The notes under the pieces: model-generated
Told to the model about the DNA's origin: nothing
Databases searched by the model: none
What the model saw: only the letters and a program-made list of their open reading frames with translations
Program-made: the position numbers and the translations under genes
NCBI GenBank assembly: GCA_009602735.1
Contig: WELA01001776.1
Span: forward strand, 121,541-141,540
Direction: 5' to 3'
Length of the DNA stretch: 20,000 nucleotides
DNA from: Mesotaenium endlicherianum
Taxonomy: Eukaryota
Shown: in pieces, positions 10,301 through 20,000 of the stretch
Position numbering within the stretch: the first letter of the stretch is position 1
Layout of the letters: each line of letters opens with the position of its first letter

Positions 10301-11237
10301 TCTCGTTCAAACGCTCCTCAATCATCTTCATCACATCTTGCAGACCCTCATGGGAGGCAGGAGGAGCCTGGGAGGAACCTGAAGTAGGTCCAGGGGCGCC
10401 AGCAGGAGTAGAGGATGCAGCCACAGTAACATTGAGACGAAGAGGATTGAGACCCTGCAGGATAAAGGCATCCTTCAAATCCTGCTCATCTGCCATAGTT
10501 ACCACATCGCCCTCGTTGTCCACATAGGTAACATACATTTTCTTCTCAGAAGGAATCTTGAAGAGATCTCGAATCTTGCCCTCGAGAACAGCAAAGGTCG
10601 GCCCAGGTTGGGAGGGTACAGTAACCCGGCGCAATACTTCTCCATGTTTAATCTGTTACAAGCAACACCATAATAATAAGTTATGAGTATAATAGAAAGA
10701 CAACCACTTGCCAACCAAAAAGCAGCTTGATGTCATCGATGAGACTCCAGACTCCTAAGACAACCAAACATGGTTGCAAAATTTGTGCGAAGATTGAATA
10801 CTCAACAAATTTATTTACACTGTTGTCAAAGAAGTAACAAGCATGAAATCATCCCGACACTGCAGTCCCGGGCTGGCCATGAGATGAAATCTCATCTCAG
10901 TATCAGAAGATACTGACTAGAAAAGATAAGCCCTGGTGACTCGTACTCAGTCGTTGCCCTTAACACACGCGCTAGTGAATAACCTCTTACAACGTGTACC
11001 ACTAAGACGTTTCTCAAGCAGAAAAGCCCGTCTGAATCAACACAACCTCAAAGCTTCAATGCACACATATGAAGAAACCCAAAATAAACGTACCAGCTTG
11101 AGGATATGAAGGGAACTTCATCAGATATGAGTCACAAGCAAACTACATATCAGTCACAAACAACCACGAACTGTATCTCAGCAATTTCAGTCTCGTTCAG
11201 AATGAGAATTTACCTTCACCACAAGTAACCCTTCCAT
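7350..11237 (-). CDS. NBR1: NBR1 (JOKA2-like) selective autophagy receptor, 7 exons, 790 aa
   Basis: Exons on the - strand: 11237-11214, 10652-9835, 9671-9542, 9319-8996, 8785-8636, 8436-7642, 7481-7350. All introns are GT-AG and phases join into a 2373-nt ORF ending in TAG. PB1: MEGLLVVK|IKHGEVLRR... with acidic OPCA motif YVDNEGDVVTMADEQDL. ZZ finger: FHTGIQCDVCG...GPRYKS...YDLCRTC. FW/NBR1 domain: LDARFVQDVT...FTKIWRLRNSG..WP...GHRVW. UBA1 (LEAMGF), EWDPMLEELEEM and UBA2 (MGFYD..NRRLMFKNKGSVKRVV) follow. This domain order matches plant NBR1. Confidence 0.96.
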
Positions 11238-11413
11238 TTTATCTTCGCTAGCGTAGAGCTTTCAAAGCCCGGGGCTGTAAGCTGAGAGCGAGACACTAAC
11301 AAGCAATAATACGAGCGTTCCTGTTAGCCGCAGAGAGAGATGCAACCGTCACACCTAGCACCTGTGGCTATGGTGGAAAACAAGCGCAATGACAAATGGC
11401 CTTGAAAGCTCGG

Positions 11414-11421
11414 TATTTATA
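11414..11421 (-). promoter_or_regulatory. TATA box of NBR1
   Basis: TATAAATA on the - strand, about 180 nt upstream of the ATG at 11237. Confidence 0.55.
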
Positions 11422-11820
11422 AGACTGCAGTTTTCCCCGCCAACGAAGCAACTCCGAAGCTAGATATCCTGCGTTTCGGTAGCGCAAGCGCCAGCACCGA
11501 GCCAGAAGCTGCTCGAAGGCTCGACAGTCGACACTGCTCGATACGGTCTTGTCCGAGTCTGTTCATCGTACGCTTTTCGGAATTCCGCCAAGGGAACTTT
11601 GGACCTTTACGTCTTGGACACGACTTCGCAACAGCTTTATTGCGCTTGACCGACTGCAACCCCCGCACCGGTTCGCAGTGCTCTGCCATGCTCTGCACAC
11701 GTTTCACATCTATTCATACAACCCAATACCACCCAATACAACCTGTGCCCACCTACCTACTCCCGTCCACTCACGTCAACGTCGCACTTGGCGATAGGGG
11801 GTAGAATCAGGTACAATAAG

Positions 11821-12900
11821 TGTCGCGACTCATATCAGCTTGACGGCGTCGCAGGCGCGACGCAACTCACAGTCACCCAGGAACAGAACGTCAACGTTGA
11901 TTCACCGACCATATCACTAACTCTGCATAATCAGCATTAAAAGTCAAAGTCCAAATCACACGAAAGCGTGACTGTGGTAAGTCAAAATCGACACTCAGTG
12001 ATGGGTGGGGTTTGACAAGCCAAGTCTTCTGGAAAGTTGACCATGTAAGGACCAACAAATGGTCCGCACCAGTAGCTGCCAAGTCAAACATCGCTAAAAG
12101 AGCAACCACCCTGGCGGATACCAAGTCAGGCGAGGCTGCGTGTAAGGGCCACCTCAGCCATGAACCTGTGGTGAGGTTGCCACGACTTAAGCAGCCACCT
12201 CAGGCCACATAGGCGCTAAGGCTACCTAGGCGTGCACACTGACTGAAAAGCTAAGCAGGCACGCGCGATCATCACGAGGCGTGCATGCATGCTAAGTGAC
12301 GTTGAATAACTTAGACTGTCACGAGGAACTAATGCGGGGACAACATGCATGCAAACGCTGTGACTAAGCGTTGGAATTCTCGAGAGAGGATAGCGTGCGT
12401 TGTACCTGGGTAAGGCACGAGCCTTGCACGAACTTGCCTCATTCTTGCCTCGCACATTTTTTCAAGAAGCAGTAGGGAGCGCAGGAGCAAATGGAGAAGA
12501 GAAGAAAGGGCGCAAAGGAGAACGAGTTCCCAAGGCCACAGGAGAGCCAGGAAGCCACGCTTCTGCCGACGCTTAGAATACTCTTTCTCCGTGTAGCATT
12601 AAAAACTAAGATTCAGGAGTTCCCAAGAAGGGATTGCGCTTGAAGGAAATAGAGAACTTGGTAAATGGAATCTGCTAGAAATTCTAGCGCAGATCAAAGT
12701 CAAACGCCACAAACGTGCGAAAAGCACATAAAATGGTGAGTGCTGTGTTAGTTTCCAAGTGTTCAGAAGTCTCAATTATAGAATTGCTGATAGCAAGAGC
12801 AGAATAACCCAGTAAAGTCCTTAGTGAAGAACTAAGTGAGTCCAGCCAGTAGTGGAAATTCGTTAGGCGCAATTCTACGCGAAGATCTCTAGCCAGGCCG
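11821..12900 (+). mobile_element. LTR-retrotransposon-like remnant (5' end at TGTCGCGAC; 3' end uncertain)
   Basis: Begins with TGT exactly where homology to the 2801-2969 copy ends. It is non-coding, has short internal repeats (GCCACCTCAG twice) and is followed directly by an integrase fragment. No TSD or 3' CA terminus was identified. Confidence 0.45.
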
Positions 12901-12953
12901 GCATAGATGCTGTAGTTTCAGAGTTTTGTAAGCTGTGATTTTGTGAGAATTAA

Positions 12954-13145
12954 GCGAATGAAAACACTGGGCGCTATGGTGTCAAGAAAACTTACAGTCG
13001 TTTGGAGCTGTCTTCCTGGTGGAGGGGCATGAAGCTGCTGTGTGAAGACGTGATCAAGGCTTGTCAAATTTGTGACCGCGTCAAGGCTGAATTTACACAA
13101 CAGCATCCGCACTTGCAACCTTTGCCAATCATGGGCCTAGTCTAG
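12954..13145 (+). pseudogene. Decayed Ty3/gypsy integrase N-terminal zinc-binding (HHCC) fragment
   Basis: The frame from 12954 reads ANENTGRYGVKKTYSRLELSSWWRGMKLLCEDVIKACQICDRVKAEFTQQHPHLQPLPIMGLV*. This fits the integrase pattern H..xGHxG..kT...l...wW.GM.....V..C..C.r.K......L.PLP. The CxxC is intact, both His positions are altered (N, R) and stops flank both sides. It is absent from the supplied ORF track. Confidence 0.8.
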
Positions 13146-13193
13146 GCTATTGCAAGTGTAAGGGATATTGAAAGAGATTTTTTTTTGCAAAAG

Positions 13194-14024
13194 TGTTGAG
13201 TTCTAAAATAGGAGCTAAGAAGGATCAGCTCGGTGTGGAAAAGCCTAAGTGCTGACCCCTCTCACTGAATGATGCAAATGCAGGAAGACCAGATATTGGT
13301 CAGCCTGCGACCGATACACGTATGAAGGGCGATCCACCAGGTCAATTTCTCACATGCAAAGACGCACCAATCAGTCGACCATAGATAGCCCACGAGAAGG
13401 ACCACCGACACATCAACCAAGTCGACAACACACGTGCTGGAAAGCCACACACGTGCCCAGGTGAAAGGGGCAGAGTGCCCTAGTGGAAGCGTAGTAACTC
13501 ACGAGGAAAGGAACTAGCTGCAATCATACTAAAGAGTGCAGCGGCATATCACTAAGAAAGCTTAGGAAAAATACTCAACATTTTGAGTAACAAGAAACTG
13601 CTCACAATTGTACTAGGATGAAAGGCCTTGTCATTACAAACTCGTAGAAGTTTATAGAAGTGGAAATTGATAAGAAACAAAGAAGTAATGCCTATTTATG
13701 ATTTTCTGCCTAACTGCTCCTCCCTAGGAGGAAGCTACGAATTTTCCTAAGTGTTCGTCAAATCGTCCCTTCCAGAATATTCGTGAGTAAGCCAGATCAG
13801 TCTAATCTGACATGTCGGGCCGAGTTGACGTCCATATACATGCATCGACATTACTGGAATATTCTATCTTAGACGCGCTAGGCTAAACCGAAACTTCCAG
13901 GTAAATCGACCTAGTCGGCACTCCGCGTCAGCCGAACTTACGTGAAGGTTTGAGTTCATTCTAACGGGCCAGATCGCTCGACGCTGTCGGTCAATCCGAC
14001 GGTCGCGCTCACCGCGAATCAACA
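13194..14024 (-). mobile_element. Solo-LTR-like element (about 830 bp)
   Basis: Termini TGTTGA...TCAACA form a 6-bp inverted repeat. An internal - strand CATAAATAGG (13691-13700) resembles the LTR TATA motif TATAAATAGG and is followed by a T-rich segment. Flanks AAAAG/GTCGT do not form a TSD. Confidence 0.4.
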
Positions 14025-15299
14025 GTCGTCAACCGACCTCAGAACTAATTAAACCTCGGAAATCCATAACTATCTCAATACTTGACCAAATTCGATGAAC
14101 TTTATATCAGAATGATTATAAAAATGCATCATACACTACTATACAATCAAAACAGACTTTCATGAAACTCAAACATGCACTTTGTAAACCTATGACCTTA
14201 CACCAGGTCTCGACACTGTTAGGCACGACATAAGGTCCTGTACCCACTATACTTATACCTGCTGATACGTGCAACCTACTTATGCCCAAGTTGTACCAGC
14301 TTATACCAGCTGACTACCAACTTACATGTTCAGCCACTTTTGATTGAACCGTGGGGCCAGTTTATGTAGGGTCAACTTTGGTGAGCTTTTAATTGTCAGT
14401 AGGCCCCTCGATCCGACCAAATTCGTGGATTTCAAAAATATTCTCTGCCCGACGTTAAAATTTCAAATAACTTACAATTTTTTTTTGGAAAAAGAACAAA
14501 GAGCATGTTTGCATTGCATGATAACATCTCCATTTAATTTCACAAATAATTTGTGGGATCTAAGGCTTTTAAGCAACATCAGCTCACGATTAGAAAAATT
14601 ATGTGAGACATCTTTTCCTTCGAGTTGGAAATTATAACATCCATATGACAATTAACAATAAATTCATCTCGGATTGAGGAGCCTGCTTGTCAGGTAGACT
14701 ATCTAAGGTGGTCCAGAGTCCGCATTCTGTGAGTTGTTTGTCCAGAATGGTCCAGAACCTGTTCAAAATTGTCAAAAATGGTCGGCAAAAAGGAATCGAA
14801 GAGAGCCCAAGAAAACTCGTCAAACATGCTTGTTTGTCGAGTTTGGGGAGTAAGCACTTGCCATAAGCAATTTGCTATGTATATTCACATTACATACGTG
14901 TGCTTAAAATATGATTCATTGGCTTATATTTAACTTTTGATAGGTTAGTAGTAATATGCAAACTCAAAAACGAAATCCAAATTAACCAAACCTTAGCTAC
15001 CTACCTACTTATCTATTATCCTACTTCTCTTTTTACACCATAAGAATCCGCATCAGCATCCTCGTCGTTCAAAGCATTCTTTCAGGCGCTACACACAAAG
15101 GTCGGTAAATTGTACCTTCGATATGTTACTTGCAAGCACGTGAGTCCTCATATAGCATCAAATTGCCACACACATTGTTTCTCTTCCCCTCCCTCACTTA
15201 AGAGCCAAAACTTTACGCGATGAATTTGCACTCGCGCTTTATTCCCTCAAAGAGTAAGTAGATGGCAATTCTTCTCATTATAATTTTGTTTGGTTGTCC

Positions 15300-16030
15300 A
15301 CGTGATTCATCGCGTCATGAAGATTGATTTTTTTCCATATGAAACTTAGCTTTGATATGTCATATATCAAAATGTCACTTCAAACAGCAGATTATGTTTT
15401 CCCCCACTGTTATCCCTCGAAGTGAGCGTAGAGTAAATTTGAAGTTTGAAAAAAATCAAATATTACCTCACAATGTATTCCTAGTCGTTGTTGAGTTAAC
15501 CTGTCAATTATGATGTGCCTACCTCTTCCACAAAAGTATTTCGGACACCTTTTTCTTTCTCTTTCCGTGCACATCTAAAATAAAAATCTAAAATGAAATA
15601 TTTAGATACTTTTACCTGCACCCGATGAAAATTGAAAACAGAGCTAATCTTGCGATACCCTTTGAACATGAACATGCAAGGTAGATCATTCTCTTAGTAA
15701 GAAAGATACATGTAACGCAAAATGGGAAAATCAAATGCCTCCAAAATGTGAGTGGATCTTCACTTCAGTGGTCTATCACGCATATGAGAGTAATTACAAA
15801 TGTGAAAGGGGAAGGGAAAAATAAAACGGTGTCAAGTTTAATATCATGTGAGAAGGTTAGGCACAAATTTTTGACACGTGGACCTCACACTTACTAACAA
15901 TACATGTGTTGGAGGTATTCTAAAAAAGAATCAAAATTCAATGAATACCTTCACGTTCATTTTGACACTTTATAAGCTAAAATCACAATTTGCCCCAATT
16001 ACAGGTTTTTAGCATGACGTCGCATGTGAC
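15300..16030. mobile_element. Degenerate fold-back / MITE- or MULE-like inverted repeat
   Basis: About 15419-15575 aligns by eye with the reverse complement of about 15797-15965, sharing collinear blocks (TACCTC, ATGTATT..TAGT, TGTCAA, TGTGCCTA, GACACC, pyrimidine tract, CACAT). Weaker similarity extends outward (CGTCATG, TTAGCTT). Confidence 0.5.
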
Positions 16031-17993
16031 TGTTCTATCTTGTCTAAGACTAGCAAAGATTGGCGCACGGGTTACTAGAGGAGGCCCTAGAAGTTGACCA
16101 ATAAAATAGTAAATACATTGAACATACTGGCAAGAATTTTAAGAACATCCAAAATCTTTTAGGAAATTTATACAGAACATTTTTATGTTTGAGAAGCAAA
16201 CAGATTTTCCAACAAAAATGGGTGATCTTATATTGCATTCGCTTCGAACCTGAGGTAAATCCATTGGCAAAATATTATATTTGGCATAATTATGAAATAT
16301 CTATATATGAAATAACGTAATTTTTCATCTTGAATCCTAAGACCTAGGGCTCAGGAGTCTCAAATCTGGAGGCGGGACAAAGCGTTTCGCTAGGATTGGA
16401 CAAGGTTTGGACATCCTTGAACGTCGTTGGCGACATCTATCATAACGTTCTCTTTCTTTTTTTGTCGTTCTTTGTGCATGCATAATCAACAAAGTGCTCT
16501 ACAAGGTACTTAAACCAGATTTTTTGGGTTAACGTACAATTGAGAACATCCTCTATTATAAGCCTAAACGTAAAATTTGGCCTCCAAGCAATTGATACTG
16601 CGCAAACTCAACCTGACTACCTAAGAACATGTAGGAGGGTACTATGTTTACCCTGAACATGTGCAAGAGGTAAGAAGAAAATATAGGTCGACGAAATCAA
16701 TGATAAGTACACGGCTGGGCAAAATATTCAAGTTTTCAAAAACAAACAAACCACATAGGAAAATTTCTCTAGCCAACTTTTTCAATTCACAAAGTTGTCG
16801 ACGGGGTTTGACACACCAAATTTTTACTTCTTACAAAGTCAACCAAGATGTTTGACCTTCCGTTAGGTGCGTAAAATCCAATCGCCATTGTCACGTTCGT
16901 AATGACACGCATCTGAATGACACCGCTTGGCACGAGTCACGAGTTTGGTAAGAGGTTTAAAACAGATGCCCTCCAAATTTAATTTGGGTTCTACAGTGGG
17001 ATTTATATATCAATTGATGGTTTTGGTGTGTGGGACAAATTATCAATTTTCATTACCGTATAGTTTAATTTTTGATTTGATTGTCAACATTGCGTTGTTA
17101 CCACACATACTTGGTCGCGATCCCAATTGATACTCGTCGTTTGATTGATGAAACGTGCCACACAAGATATTATTGATCACGACACAATCAGAATGTGCAC
17201 AACTTTTGAAACATTTTTTTTTTTTGGTGTTCTCAAGGTTGCAACTCAGTGAACATGATCACGTGCATTAACTTTAAACCAACACAACCAAGTACTATGA
17301 CAATTGTGTGATTGAACGTACGACTTCAAATAACATTTAGGTGGTCAAGCGTCACAAAATTTCAGGCATTTTGAAGGCGTCGAATAATTGCAAAGCTATT
17401 AACAAAAAAAGGAGCTGTTGGGAAAATGTGATCACATTTGTCCAACTTCTGGAATTGTGCACCCTGATAAAAAAATATAAAAAACCTAGAATTTCAATTG
17501 AGTTTCTCGGTGGGGGTCTGACGTGCAAAATCCAACCATTTGCTAATATAGAAGAATGTGCAAACAACAACTCCTAATGTGGTCCTTCGCATGGAAGAAT
17601 CCATACGTGTGGATTTACTTGTCCACTGACAAAAATTGACGTTCGCTTAAAGCGGTAAGTGTTATCTGTTTGCTTGACCTCACGGAAGGGTAGCTTTCAA
17701 CAATTCATACAAAATATAAAGCCATGCTTGCACGCCTAAGGAGGTTTTGATCAAAGGTGCATGAGCCACTTGGTTGGCATAAGAAGTAGGAACATGGTAG
17801 TCTTAAGATAATGACAATTAGTGCATTGCATTCACATTCAGCCTCAGTTGTTCGACGGCCAAGCTAAAATGCGTTGGTGTTGCTACAACAGACACTCTCG
17901 GTGGGCAAGCAGCATACAAGACAAGACAATTGATCATTCCTTCAATTTCTAATGCCTCCAACTCGGCTGCTGTACGAGATTAGCTGGAGGTAC

Positions 17994-19311
17994 TCATACC
18001 ATCCCAAAAGCTGCTAAGCTTGTGCGGAAATGGTTTGTAAAAGCTAACCCAAGCTCTTGATCATCTACCTTCACCTTTGCAGTCGCCTTGCGAGACGTTA
18101 CATGCACAACAAGCTCTACTAGAAAGTAACTGCTTCCCGGTGCAGCATCAGCTGTTTGGGCATAGAAGAAAAATTTCAGATTGGGAGCTTGGCCACCGGA
18201 GGCCATGCACTGTATACTGCAAGTTGCCATGTGCCTAAGGAGTGGCGGAGGGCCCGTGAGGGCCGCAGACCCCTGAAATGATAGTTGCTCATCCTGCACA
18301 ACCACAGTACTCTACCACCATCAAGAACGCATAGGTTGTGACTGCAAATTGCAGGCTGTCTTGCATGACCATGATATATTATACTAGTCTTCCTAAGGTG
18401 CATGCATTCTTCAAATTTGCATGGACATGTTTTCCACTGAAGTCAGACTGTATGCAACACAGTTACATTCCAATAAAAACTTAGTCATCAGAATGCACAG
18501 CACCTGGCCCAGAGATTCAACTCTTGGCTCAATAGTGCGGCACTCCGTCAACGCGGACAAATTGCCTAACGTAGTGCAAACGTCTAAGCTTCGAGCAACC
18601 AAGGGTATCGGCCTCGCAAACTAGGAACACACTGGAATGCTTACAAGTGCACCTGGCCACCAAGATGGCTGGATGCAAAGCTGCAGTACAAGGATCAGGA
18701 TTTAGAAATGAGCAGGGAGCTACGGAAATGCTCACCAGCGTCTGGAAGATGGGCAGCTGGCCCCACTTGCGCTGGAACGTGGGGGCGTCTAGAGCAGGCT
18801 TTGGATGAAGCCGGAGGACAGGCGCAGCAGGGGGAGGAGGAGGAGCGGGGGCAGGGGCCGGGGAGGAGACGCCGAGGCCAAGGAGGTCGTCGAGAGAGGA
18901 GATGGCAGCAGGAGCTGGGGGGAGAGGCGCACTAGTGGCGAGAGCAGGAGCAGGAGCAGGAGAGGAGTAGGCGGCGGCGGCGGTAGAGGGTGGGGAGGGG
19001 GTGCGTGCAAGTGAAGCGGATGGTTGGGCAGCGGGGCGGGGGTTTGACAGGGTTGGCGGCGGGTCGACAGTGAGCAGGTCAAATGAGAGATTTTCGAGTG
19101 CTCTCTGGTGGCTGCTGGGCCCGTTGCTGGTGGTCCCGGCGACTCGGCTCTCCTCCTTCTCAGAGGCGCTGAGGAGAGTGTCATTTTCAGAGTACTGCTG
19201 CGCAGCTGCCCTCTGAGCTGGCGACGCCAGAGGTCCAGGGCTCACGAGCACCTCTGGGTCCGTCACATCTAGCGGGCCCCGGTGCTCCTTGTCTAGAAAG
19301 AGGTATGACGG
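17994..19311 (-). CDS. AP4B1: AP-4 complex beta subunit (beta-adaptin-like protein A), last two exons (partial)
   Basis: Exons 19311-18736 (192 codons; acceptor CTGCAG, donor GTGAGC) and 18293-17994 (acceptor GTGCAG, TGA). The motifs PSYLFLDKEHRGP, LDDLLGLG, L.L.PKPALD..TFQRKW.QLPI, HM...SIQCMASGGQAPNLKFFFYAQ and KVKVDDQ...F...F...L..FGM match the trunk end, hinge and C-terminal appendage of plant AP-4 beta as recalled for Arabidopsis BETAA-AD. Upstream exons lie beyond the window. Confidence 0.92.
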
Positions 19312-19324
19312 CTGCAGCAGACAG

Positions 19325-19342
19325 ACACACACACACACACAC

Positions 19343-19400
<58 letters not shown>

Positions 19401-19443
19401 NNNNNNNNNNNNNNNNNNNNNNNNNNNNNNNNNNNNNNNNNNN

Positions 19444-19502
<59 letters not shown>
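19325..19502. repeat. Compound microsatellite (AC)n-(AG)n, interrupted by an assembly gap
   Basis: About 10 AC units at 19325-19345, then AG repeats 19348-19502 with Ns inside. It lies in the AP4B intron next to the 3' splice site. Confidence 0.97.
19401..19443. other. Assembly gap (43 N)
   Basis: Run of n characters. Confidence 1.
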
Positions 19503-19504
<2 letters not shown>

Positions 19505-20000
19505 CTACCAGCAATGAGAACCTGTGCTGGGGAACAGCACCTGCAACAGACTCAAAGCTCACATGTCGCAAGACCCTCGGAGAAACTTCGATGGGTGGAT
19601 GTTCACGCTTTGGAGGTCAGAAGCAACCCACTGGCTGCAGGAGCATGGAGTGGAGAGTCTGACAGCCATCACATAAGCTCAGCGCTAGCAGCGCATCCCT
19701 CAGCTCCTACACGCTGCGTGCAGCGGACCGCTTTAATGCAGCAAGCAGTTAAGGTCGACGCGCTCCCATGCAGCTGCTCGGTGATCAACACAGCCTCCAC
19801 GAGAACGACCCATGATGCTCTCCCTCTCACACGTCATTGGGTGAGACGTGCCGCAGCAATGGCAACAGGCGAAGAAGCTCCGAGGCCAAACCGTGCCTCA
19901 ACACAGGGGCCAGCCACAAGTCACCACACGGCCATACAATGCTCAGACACAACAGGGGGCAGCCAAGCCCCCCGGCTTACCCCTCTACCCCCCCCCCGCC

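Noticed and set aside
7723..10382. Several + strand and alternative-frame ORFs overlapping NBR1
   Set aside because: Antisense or frame shadows of GC-rich NBR1 exons with no recognisable protein features.
10897..10920. Hairpin followed by CTAG as a Helitron 3' end
   Set aside because: The stem is AT-rich, there is no spacer before CTAG, and the next base is A rather than T.
2801..11988. Inverted repeats as TIRs of one giant gene-carrying transposon (Pack-MULE-like)
   Set aside because: The sharp TGT termini face inward toward the genes, outer ends are diffuse, there is no TSD, and NBR1 is an intact conserved gene.
12913..12924. TAGTTTCAGAGT as a degenerate tRNA-iMet primer-binding site (TGGTATCAGAGC)
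   Set aside because: Only 9/12 match, the TGG start is lost, and no LTR CA end lies immediately upstream.
14355..16805. Weak inverted similarity between about 14360-14460 and 16710-16800
   Set aside because: Only short AT-rich matches, not distinguishable from chance by eye.
18708..19571. Overlapping G/R-rich ORFs and the LSLSLS/CVCVC ORF
   Set aside because: By-products of the GC-rich AP4B hinge exon and of translated microsatellites. The MCVCVCV start of ORF 18529-19344 is intronic.

Overview
Eukaryotic nuclear DNA from a land plant. GC-rich exons and short GT-AG introns suggest a compact, probably non-seed-plant genome (inference only). Four protein-coding loci are visible: (1) the last two exons of a + strand coiled-coil protein with a 35-aa repeat (1-821); (2) a + strand unknown protein with a transit-peptide-like N-terminus, one TM helix and a long disordered region (about 4095-5654, 3' structure unresolved); (3) a complete 7-exon NBR1 selective-autophagy receptor on the - strand (11237-7350, 790 aa; PB1-ZZ-FW-UBA-AIM-UBA); (4) the last two exons of the AP-4 beta subunit on the - strand (19311-17994). 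The 6.7 kb between NBR1 and AP4B holds transposon relics: an LTR-like sequence starting at 11821, a decayed Ty3/gypsy integrase zinc-finger fragment, a second LTR-like sequence and a degenerate fold-back element. I see no clearly new multi-gene system. The most notable items are a W-box-rich dispersed repeat present in inverted copies upstream of both convergent genes, and an NBR1 with non-canonical AIM and FW-domain residues plus a candidate second AIM. All alignments were done by eye and no database searches were run.
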